DNA of 64,000 bases from Mustelus asterias (taxonomy: Eukaryota). Location of the stretch: contig NC_135809.1 of the NCBI RefSeq assembly GCF_964213995.1, positions 38,440,001 through 38,504,000 on the forward strand, in the 5' to 3' direction. The notes below the pieces were generated by a model, which saw only the letters and a program-made list of their open reading frames with translations, was not told the origin of the DNA and did no database searches. This document shows positions 37,901 through 49,900 of this stretch, piece by piece. The stretch's first letter is position 1. Each line of letters opens with the position of its first letter. The position numbers were made by a program, and so were the translations under genes.

Positions 37901-40900
37901 TTGATGTTTGTGCCCAACCTTGGAATGGTTTTGAACCCAGGGCCTTGTGACTCAGAGGTGAGAGTGCTATCAACTGAGCCATGGCTGACACAATATTCTT
38001 TAATATCCTGTCACTGAATGCTTTGGATAAGTGCCAATGCCAATAGTGGGGTATGGCATCACCAAACTTGAAAGAGAATATGGTAAAATAGGAAGCAGTG
38101 ATTAGGTGCTGAAAAGCTTTGGGATCATCGGATGGTTTTTCAAAAGGGTCAGCAGCATTTAATGGAACAGATTCAGTTGATGTAGGAGCAAGTGTACAGT
38201 ATACTCCTGATAATTAATGTTGCTCAGTGCTAAATCTACCATTGCAGCAATTTGTAGCCCATTATGTACAAAAAGCTCTAAGGACTGAATTTTTTGTTTC
38301 CCCAACCCCTTTTCCCCACAAGCAGCAAGTGCCACGCCTGTAGTTCAACTGGCATTTTACCAGTGGCAGGGAGCCAACTGTCTTTAGGTTAGATTCTCTG
38401 AATGATGAAAGAGCTGTTGAGTAAAATTGGAGCTTGAGTCGCATGGTCATTTATCTGGCATTTTACCTCTGGATCATATTGAAAATCAGGCTGATGGGAT
38501 AAATGCTTCCTCTTCCTTATAAAGGAAAGTGAAGCATGTTTGGGGCAGTTTCAGCTCCATCTCTGGTGGATAATTTATGTAAGATAACGGAAATAGGATT
38601 GTATTGGTGTGAAGGGAGTGCTCTTTAGGGGCTGTGGTTAATGTAATGGAATTCTTCCCACCCTGTACTCGCCCCGAGTGTGCAGAATTGTGCACTGCAG
38701 AGTAACCCTTGCATTTCGCTGATGCTTTATTGGGCTGGGAGTATTTGATGGGGCAAGGGCAGAGGAGGCTTCAGGTGTACCTGAGCTGTGAATGTTTGAC
38801 ACTGATGTGAGGTGCAAAAATATTGCATTCCCAGAGCACATGCCCTTTGTCACTGTGCATAATTCTCCATAATGTTTGCATTGTTACATACCTCTTGCAG
38901 AAAGTTTTAAATAATTTTTCACTATCATTTGTTTCCTTCTCCCATTCATTTTCCTTCTTTCATGTGGTGCAGTCACTTCATACAAACACTTGTTGGTTGT
39001 AGCTGGCCTTGAGGATGACATTTTTATTCCTGATGCTACAATTGTTCTGGAAGCATTGACTTTGTGAATTTTACATTTGGTTCTTTTTATTTGTATTCAA
39101 TGTAAGCCTTGCTTCAGTGATGGAAGAATCACTCCAGGTCTTGAGCACACAATCTAGGCTGCCAGTGAGGCTAATACTAAGGAAGCGCTGTATTCTGGTT
39201 GAGAATTTAAACTGAGGCCCAATGTGCCCTCTTGAATGGATGTAAAGGATTTCTGAACTATTTGAAGAAGATGGGGGAATTCTCCAAGTGTACTATCCCA
39301 CACTCCACATCACTAAAACAGAACGTCTAGGGCAGAATTCTCTCAACCAGCCCGTGGTGGGTTTGGTCTTGGGAGGACACAGTGAATCTGGCAAGAGCCA
39401 AAAAGTCCGAAATCCGCTGGCATAAAATCTTGCTGTAATTCTCTCAATGGCGGGTTATGGTGGATCGCACTTCCCGCTGCCAGGTGACGCAAATTCCATT
39501 TGCATTTCATGAATCCTGACTGAACAACTGCCCGTTGGCATCCTGTCAGGCATTCCAATCTTACATTACGTCAACGGGAATTTATATTGGCATCAAACCC
39601 AATTGCTAATGAGTGCTGTGCACAGAGTGTTCCTCAGTTTGCCAGAGACTTTGGGGAGAGTGTAACAACTTTCTGTCATTGTGCTGCATTGCTGCTAATG
39701 CACCATTCACCACCCTGTTGGGGTAGACCAGATCCTTCCTCCATCTCCATGTCGAGCTGGTCTTCATGGACAGCACCATGCTGCTGGACCCATAGATCCT
39801 CCTGTGTCAGAATCAGATCAGTACAGTGCCTGGGATAGGGGTGTACAGGGGGGGTCTCCTTGTCCCTGGTGCCACACACCAGTACTTATCTGGACAGCAT
39901 TATGTTGTGGGACTTGCACAGCCACCCCAACAAAGGTCCAAAGTTTGACCGGCCTGGGGGGGTTTACCGGATGAAGAAGGGGGAGAGGGGGGTCAAAGGG
40001 ATACCATATTGTTTACTGGAAGGGGACACATGAAGACTCCAGGTGTGGTGGTTGGAGGTCCCAGTAGGGTATGGGCAGGCGATAGGCTCAGGGGGGTGAT
40101 GATTAAATCAAGGAATGGACTTCTTTTTGAGGCTGCTATCCTTTTCCCTCTGGGTTACTGACATCCTGCACGATCTGGTGAAGACAAGTGGGCTGGAGAA
40201 AGTGAGATGATGTGCTGGACTGGTATTTAAATATAGCTCCATATATTCTGCATGGGGAAGGCAGATGCATATTCCACAAGAACGGTGCATAAGGTTCAGT
40301 TGGCTTAGGTGGTGGGTGGACAAATCAGCTGCTGGCCCACCAGGAGTTCGGAGAGGAACTCCCCTGTGCAGAATTAATCAGGTTCCAAATGCAAAATTTG
40401 GCTTGGGATCCTGCCATTTTGGTTGGCGCTACCCGCTACCATATTTTGCCTCAACGTGGGAGAATTCTGCCCTGGTTGATTACTTCACTGTTGCTTATGA
40501 GACCTTGCAATGTGCAAATTAGCTATTGTATTTCTCTATGTTAGTATCCTTCAGTCATGATGTGGAGATGCTGGCGTTCGACTGGGGTAAACACAGTAAG
40601 AAGTTTAACAACACCAGGTTAAAGTCCAACAGGTTTATTTGGTAGCAAAAGCCACACAAGCTTTCAGAGCCTTAAGCCCCTTCTTCAGGTGAGTGGGAAT
40701 TCTGTTCACAAACAGGGCATATAAAGACACAGACTCAATTTACATGAATAATGGTTGGAATGCGAATACTTACAGCTAATCCACATCTCTTTAGCCTGTC
40801 TTGATACTCTCTCCACTCACATTGTTTGTATCTTAAAGACTTGATTAGTTGTAAGTATTCGCATTCCAACCACTATTCATGTAAATTGAGTTTGTGTCTT

Positions 40901-43900
40901 TATATGCCCTGTTTGTGAACAGAATTCCCACTCACCTGAAGAAGGGGCTTCAGGCTCCGAAAGCTTGTGTGGCTTTTGCTACCAAATAAACCTGTTGGAC
41001 TTTAACGTGGTGTTGTTAAACTTCTTACTGTATCCTTTAGTGCCAATCTTAAATGGAATGTTGCTTGTCTGTAGCCTGTTTTCCCTCTATGTGTCTCATG
41101 CCCAATTACTGTGTGGTTGTACGTGCATGCAGAGAATCAGATTGCCACTTAACACTCCCCCAAAATAATTTGACAATAATTTGTAATTTACACAAGTCCT
41201 CAATCCATTACTTGAATAATTGAGTTTGCATAACAAGCCTGGTCTTGTAATAACTTTTGACATCAATACTTTTAACCATGTAACTTATTACTGGATTCCT
41301 GACGAAATCTAGGAAAGGAAAATGCAGAGGTCCAGGTTTCCAGACATGCCCAGGGTCACTAGTAATTGTTTGTAATAAAATTTCCCTTTCATTCCAAGAT
41401 GACCTCATTAGATCCTTACATCATAAGAAATAGGAGCAGGGGTCAGCCACTTGGCTAATCAAGCCTGCTCCACCATTTGATAAGATGATGCTTGATCTGA
41501 TTATGGGCATAACTGCATTTTCCTGCCTGCAGGGGGCATAATGTTTGCCCCCCCCCCCCCCCCCCGTAGATAAAAAAATCTGTAAAATTCAGTCGTGAAT
41601 TTATTCAATGGCCCAGCCTCCATTACTCTCTCAGGAAGAGAATTCCAAGACTAATGACCCTCTGAGAGAATAAATCCCTCTGCATCTCTATCTTCTATCG
41701 GAGAGCCTTATTTTGAAACTGTCTCCTCTAGTTTTAATGTCCCATGAGAGGAAACATCCTGTCAGTCCACCTCAAAATCTTATATGTTTCAATATGATGA
41801 CCTTTCATTCTTCTAAACTCCCATGAGTATAGGCCCAACCTGCTGAATCTTTCCTCATGGCACAATCCCTTCATCCCAGGAATTAGCCTGAGTTTTTTCT
41901 GAATTGTTTCCAATGCATGTATATCCAGCTATAAGTAAGAAAGCCAAATTTGACCAAGATAAACAGTTACTTGCATGGGGAAGGCAGATGCATATTCCAC
42001 AAGAACGGTGCATAAGGTTCAGTTTCAAAGCATTAATTAATTGGAAGCCTGTTTGAGGAGGTTGGGCTCAACTTCCTTCCAACTCTAGGTTTCTTTCAGT
42101 GTCACATCTCTGAGCCTCCCGCTGATGTGCTACTCAAAACAGACAAAAATATAATGCCTCCTTATTCTGCCAGTGCCATGAAAGCAAAAGATCTTGGCAT
42201 GGTGAATTAGAGGGATTTTAAAAATGAAACATTTTTAGTCTGTTTAGTCTGTTATTTCCTGTAGGACTCGGGAGGAGCAAAACCTGGTGGCCTATCCTCA
42301 TAATGGGAAGATTTATTTCTGTACATCCCGGGAGGTCCCTCCTGACCATGAGTTACTGTTTTATTACACCAGGGATTACGCAAGGCAACTTGGTAAGTGG
42401 ACTGGGTCAGTCTTACCATTCATTTGTTTTAGATTTACTTAATTACTCTGGATAGTTCAAGAAGCAATAGCCAAACCCCGAGCATTTGTGCAGCTGTTTA
42501 ATACCAGCTTATCCCAATCTAAAGGAAATTTTGGTATCACGCATATATAGCAGTAGTTATTACCCATACTCAGCAGCAGATGTGAAATCTCTCCATTAGG
42601 TACCCCATTGGACTTCTGAGTACAGTGTAATAATTCTGCACGGAACATGGATATATACTTGGGCAGCAAGCATGCAAGTGTTTTAGGAGTCGGCTGCTAT
42701 TTTTCTGTTTACTGGTCAAAATCTTTATGAATAGGAACCGGGGGCCATATTTCAAAATCTCTAGACCAGAGACTGAAATCAGAAATAATGTGGTTATTTC
42801 TTGTTATGTTTAGAAATATTTACTGTTCATTCCTTTTCACTTGTTCATCTTTAATTATCCTCCAACTCAATTCATATAACAGCTGGGAAATTCTATCTAG
42901 CAAGCATTGCAAAGCCTGCAACATGATTCTGTTGTTATCACTGTACGTAGCCACACAGTTTGGCATCCCTAGGAATTAGAAGTTGGCATTATGTCTTCAA
43001 AGTTTTGAGTTTTTTGATGTTTACTTGAGCAATAGGACTTATGTAATTTCTGAAAATGTATGCTGCTGTACAGAAGTCCCTGTTCTCCATGATCTACTAC
43101 TTTGTGAAATTCAGGGGAGTGTCATGGGGGTGTAGGGTAGGTATTTGGAGTTATGTTATTTCCTCTTTCATTTGTTCAAGGATATGATAGGGCCCCTAAT
43201 TAAGCTGGTTGTAAGAGTAAAAAGAAAATTATTTTTATTCCTTTCTTTCTCTAAAGTTTTGGTGGATGGAGTGTAATTTGGAAAAAAAGGATGTGGTCTG
43301 CTTTGATGGAACGAATTGAAAAGCAGAAAATTATTTAATTGGAGAAACTGAATGCTGCAGTAGAGGGATCTGAGTGTCCTCTACAAAATGTTAGTACGCA
43401 AGTAATTAGGAAGGCAAATGGAATATTGATCTGCATTACAATGAACGGGGAGTATAAAACTAGGCAAGTCTTACGATAATTGAGACCACAAAATTCCTGA
43501 AATTTTGGTGGTCTTATTTGAGAAGGATTATACTTATAATGGAGAGAGTGTATTAGATAATTCCTGGAATGAAAGGGTTGTCTTATGAAGAAATGTTGAG
43601 CAGGTTGGTCTTACGCTGATTTGAGTTTGGAGAAATGAGTGGTGAAATACATGAGACTCTGAAGGGGTTTGACAGGATAGATGCAAAGAGGATGTTTTTC
43701 TTCGGGAGGGAATATAGAACTAGGGGGGCACAGTTTCAAAATAAGGGGTTTCCCATTAAAGATGGAGATGAGGAGGAATTTCTTCTCTCAGATAGTCGTT
43801 AATCTTTGGAATTATCTACTCCAGAGAGCAGTGGAGGCTGACTCATTGAATATTTATTCAAGGCTGGGTGAGACAGATTTTTGATCTACAAATGATTTGA

Positions 43901-46900
43901 GTGTTATGGGGGTCAGGAAGGAAAGGAAGGCCACAATGAGATCAACCATGATCTTACTGAGTGACAGAGCAGGCATGAAGGGCCAAATGGCCTACTGCTG
44001 CTTCTTATTACAAAAACACTTCTCTTTATAGCTCAGTACCAGACCTTGATATGCATCCATTGACCTAGAGTGGAATATGTACATATGTGCATTTATTTTG
44101 TTGAAGGAGTTCCAGAACATCCAGATGTGCACATGTGTCACTGTGGGAAAGCGTACGGCACATACAGTGAGCTGAAGTTGCATCTGAGCAGCCATGGACA
44201 GAGCCGAGAAAGGAAATGGAAGTGCTCCATCTGTCCAAGAGCATTCACCTCCTCTACCAAACTGAATGTTCACATGATGGGGCACATGGGGATGAAACCA
44301 CACAAGTGTGAGTTCTGTAGCAAGGCATTCAGTGATCCCAGCAACCTGCGAACACACCTCAAAATCCACACAGGTAGGTCTACTATTCTCAGCTTCAGCT
44401 AAATTTACCACTGGTCATTGCAACTGATCAAGGACATTTATTTACCATAAACATTTTTTCCTGTAATTTACCCTGCACCCAGAGCAAGGATAATACTGGA
44501 AGCAAAAAATACAATTTTCCTATTTCGCTGAATGTTTTTCACCACATAAAACTGGTGAACTTCCATCTGCGGCCTTTTTGAAACTTCACAGCTTGGAATA
44601 ATTAACTTTGTTACATAGATAAATCTCTAAACCCAGCCTCTGTAATTAGTACAGAATATTACCAGCAATCAGGTGCCAAATAATGAAAACAGATCATCTG
44701 GTTATCACATTACTTTTTGTGGGTTCAAATTGCCCACCTTGTTTACTACATTATGACAGTGACTACATTTCAGACATTGTTGGCTGTAAAGTGGTGTGGG
44801 GTGGTCATGAAAGGTGCTATACAAATATGCCCTTTTCTATCTAGCTAATTTCAGCATATAATCTATGATGAAACTCCAGTGCTGTACTATTAAAAGGACT
44901 GTGCATCTGCCTGTTTTAGTGGTTCCAATGAATGTTGAAGGTCCAACGATTTACCCTCAACTAATAACACCAAACAAAAAGACTGAGCATTGGTCTCATT
45001 ACTGTGTGTTCTGCTGTAGTGCTTGCATTTTTAAAATTTATTCATTCACGGGATGTCTGTATCAATAGCAAGATCAGCATTTATTGGTGTCCTAATTGCC
45101 CATGAGAAGGTGGTGATGAACCAATGTGGCCCATGTGGTTTAGGTACACACACAGTGCTGTTAAGGAGTTTCAAGATTTTGACCCAGGAACTGAATGAAC
45201 AGCAATATATTTCCAAGTCACGATGGTGTGTGACTTGGAAAGAAATTTGCAGGTGGTGGTGTTTCCATGAATCTGTTGTCCTTTGAGGTGATAGAGGTTG
45301 CGTGTTTGGAAGGTGCTGTCAGAGGAGCCTTGATGAGTTGTTGCAGTGCATCTTGTAGATGGTACACACTGTTACCACTGCAGTGGTGGATGGATTACCA
45401 ATCAAGTGGGGTTGCTTTGTCTTAGATGATGTCAAGCTCCATGAGTGTTGTTGGAGCTGCACTCATCCAGGCGAGTGGAGAGTATTCCATCATGTTCCTG
45501 ACTTGTTCCTTATAGATAGTCGACAGGCTTTGGGAAGTCGGGATGCGAGTTACACTCCACAGAATTCCCAGCATCTGACCTGCTCTCATATCCACAGTAT
45601 TTATATGGTTGTTCCAGTCAGTTTCTGGTCAATGGTAACCCACAGGATTTTGATAGTTGGTGAATTCAGCAATGGTAATGTCATTGAATGTCACGGGTTA
45701 GATTCTTATTGGAGCGGGTCGTTGCCTGGTACATGTGTGGCACAATGTTACTTGCCACTTATCATCCCAAGTCTGAATGTTATCCAGGTCTTGCTGCATA
45801 TACAGACTGCTTCAGTATCTCAGGAGTTGTGAATAGTGTTGAACATTGTGTAATCATCAGTGAACATCCCCATTTCTGATCTTACGATGGAGGGAACCAC
45901 ATTTGCCCACATAGAATAATTAATCGTTGAAGTATTTGCTTCTGAAAGATGCTATAAGGTGCTGCAAAAACAGCTTGCATTTATGTGATGCCTTTAATGT
46001 GAAAAAGACTCTTCCGAGATTTGTGAAGATGTAAATGTCTAACCGTTAGGCAGAATGACATAAACATTTGATCTAACTGATGGATTTAAAGAAAAGTCTT
46101 AATGAAGTTGTGTGTGGCGAGGGGTTTAGGAAGGAAGTTTCAGAGCAAGGGGTCGCAATATGGAGATGGGAGCTGGTGGATTTGTAAGGCTGGAAAAGGT
46201 TTTAGTGATGGAGGGGGACAAGGCCAGGAAGGGGTTTAAACACAGAGAACATAGAACAGTACAGCACAGAACAGGCCCTTTGGCCCACGATGTTGTGCCG
46301 AGCTTTATCTAAAACCAAGATCAAGCTATCCCACTCCCTATCATCCTGGTGTGCTCCATGTGCCTATCCAATAACCGCTTAAATGTTCCTAAAGTGTCCG
46401 ACTCCACTATCACTGCAGGCAGTCCATTCCACACCCCAACCACTCTCTGAGTAAAGAACCTACCTCTGATATCCTTCCTGTATCTCCCACCACGAACCCT
46501 ATAGTTATGCCCCCTTGTAATAGCTCCATCCACCCGAGGAAATAGTCTTTGAACGTTCACTCTATCTATCCCCTTCATCATTTTATAAACCTCTATTAAG
46601 TCTCCCCTCAGCCTCCTCCGCTCCAGAGAGAACAGCCCTAGCTCCCGCAACCTTTCCTCATAAGACCTACCCTCCAAACCAGGCAGCATCCTGGTAAATC
46701 TCCTCTGCACTCTTTCCAGTGCTTCCACATCCTTCTTATAGTGAGGTGACCAGAACTGCACACAATATTCCAAATGTGGTCTCACCAAGGTCCTGTACAG
46801 TTGCAGCATAACCCCACGGCTCTTAAACTCCAACCCCCTGTTAATAAAAGCTAACACACTATAGGCCTTCTTCACAGCTCTATCCACTTGAGTGGCAACC

Positions 46901-49900
46901 TTTAGAGATCTGTGGATATGAACCCCAAGATCTCTCTGTTCCTCCACAGTCTTCAGAACCCTACCTTTGACCCTGTAATCCACATTTAAATTAGTCCTAC
47001 CAAAATGAATCACCTCACATTTATCAGGGTTAAACTCCATTTGCCATTTTTCAGCCCAGCTTTGCATCCTATCTATGTCTCTTTGCAGCCTACAACAGCC
47101 CTCCACCTCATCCACTACTCCACCAATCTTGGTGTCATCAGCAAATTTACTGATCCACCCTTCAGCCCCCTCCTCTAAGTCATTAATAAAAATCACAAAG
47201 AGCAGAGGACCAAGCACTGATCCCTGTGGCACTCCGCTAGCAACCTGCCTCCAATCTGAAAATTTTCCATCCACCACCACCCTGTCTTTGATCAGACAGC
47301 CAGTTACCTGTCCAATCGGCCAACTTTCCCTCGATCCCACACCTCCTCACTTTCATCATAAGCCGACCATGGGGGACCTTATCAAACGCCTTACTAAAGT
47401 CCATGTATATGACATCAACTGCCCTACCTTCATCAACACACTTAGTTACCTCCTCAAAAAATTCAATCAAATTTGTGAGGCACGACTTGCCCTTCACGAA
47501 TCCGTGCTGACTATCCCGGATTAATCCGCATCTTTCTAAATGGTCGTAAATCCCATCCCTAAGGACCTTTTCCATCAATTTACCAACCACCGAAGTAAGA
47601 CTAACCGGTCTATAATTACCAGGGTCATTTCTATCCCCTTTCTTAAACAGAGGAACAACATTCGCCATTCTCCAGTCCTCTGGCATCATCCCCGTGGACA
47701 GCGAGGACCCAAAGATCAAAGCCAAAGGCTCTGCAATCTCATCCCTTGCCTCCCAAAGAATCCTAGGATACATTTCATCAGGCCCAGGGGACTTATCGAC
47801 CTTCAGTTTATTCAAAACTACCAGGACATCCTCCCTCCGAACATCTATTTCCTCCAGCCTATTAGCCTGTAACATCTTCTCTTCCTCAAAAACAAAGATG
47901 AGAATTTTAAATTGCAGGCATTGGGGAAGTAGAAGCCATTACAGGTCACCAAGACCATTCAATGGGCAAGTGGGACATGTAGGATAGGTTAATTATGGCA
48001 CATTTGGGACGAGTTGAAGTTGAAAGTCTTTAGTGCATAGATGGCCAGCTATTAGAATAGCCGAGGGTGACCAAGGCACGACTCAAAGTTTCAGCAAGTA
48101 AATATAAGTTTACCCTTCCTTTGAACTGAAACATAAGAAAAGTAATGGGATATTAACAAAAATAAATGTAAGTGACTTATATCCTGAATAACTAATTAAA
48201 ACACATCCATATATTTACATTCACTTCCAGGTCAGAAGAATTACCGCTGTGAAATGTGTGACAAGTCTTTTACCCAGAAGGCTCACCTGGCCTCCCACAT
48301 GATAATCCACACCGGAGAGAAGAACCTGAAATGTGATTATTGTGAGAAAATGTTCATGCGGCGGCAGGATCTCCGGCAGCATGTGCTGACCCACACACAG
48401 TAAGTCACCTATTGTTCGAAATGTGGTTCTTCTTCCCTGTTAGTATTGAGCATTTGGTAAGGGTATTTGCAGAATCTAGTGTACCAATTATATGTAAACT
48501 GAATCAATACACACTCTCCAGATCAGTGTTTCCCAAACTTTCCCACCCACAGAACTCTTTTGACCTTCCAAGAGTACTGACAGAATTATTAATTATTCTT
48601 ATTATGCTGAAGCGTTATTAGTTGTTTTTGAACAATAGGCATAAACATACAAAAGCAAATTTATAAAAGCCTTTTCCATTTCTGACATGTATACATGTAC
48701 CATAATTATTATTTTTTTAATCTTCTTCAGCAAATAGTTAAATCTTGCCTTTTTTGCAATTTTTACTGGGCGGAGTGTTGCTGCTTCATTTGCTCACAAA
48801 CTTGTCTAATATTAGGAGTGCTGCTGAAGAACTGGATTCTCATATTAGACACGCACACAGATTCACACCCAAAAGAAGCGTACACACACATAGCTCTTGT
48901 CCCGTACCCCCTGAGTCAGCCTGCCCTAGCCTTGTGTTGTCTTCCCCCTCCGCCTTCACTCTCACCCTGGCCTTTCAATACTGTCTTTGCTGGCTGTTTC
49001 CTGCTCATCCAATCAGAAGCTAGCTTCTCAGTGCCTTGACTGCTGATAGGCTGTGTGAAAACCATCTTTGATTAGACAAGCTAGAAAGACAGCTTCTTTC
49101 AAAATAAAAACGGCCAGATCTACAGTGGAACCCCTGGATGAATCCTACAGAATCTCTGGGTTTCCACAGGACTTTTCATTGCTGTTAACCAGCAGTGCAC
49201 AATTTATACTTTTCTTGAAAGTAGCAAAAGCATCTGGGAAAATACATTATGATCCTCTTAGTCACTATATTGCAAAACAAATGCTTAACATTTTACACCG
49301 AGAAATTACTAAATACAATTTTGTTATACGTGTGTAGTGTTACTTTGAAACATGAGCTTCTTGCACCACCACATTTGTAATTTCTGGATTTATTGCATTA
49401 TTATTTGGACACGATACAAAATTGCAAGTCTTACATTAACTAGACATCCTCCAATTAACATATGTTTCCCGATACAATATAATCATAGAGCTAATATTAA
49501 TTAACTGAAGCTGAATCAATTATCTATTGTTATGTTTTAAAAGATGACCAGTCACACATTCACTGAACTCAATAACAACCCTGTATGTAAAAGGCTTTTA
49601 AGAAGTAGCATAAACAGCAAAAACTTGTTAATTTACACCATACTATCAGCAGTGTGGGATTGGTCATGTAATTTTTCCCATGCTCCTAGTCCATAGAATC
49701 CCTACAGTACAGAAGGAGGCCATTCAGCCCATCGAGTCTGCTCCGACCACAATCCCACCCAGGCCCTACTCCCGTAACCCCACACATTTACCCTGCTAAT
49801 CCCCGGACACTAGGATCAATTTAGCATGACCAATCAACCTAACCCGTCCATCTTTGGACTGTGAGAGGAAACCAGAGCACCCGGAGGAAACCTACGCAGA

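Noticed and set aside
46321-47875. Functional reverse transcriptase gene
   Set aside because: 5'-truncated CR1 lacking the endonuclease and broken by a frameshift.
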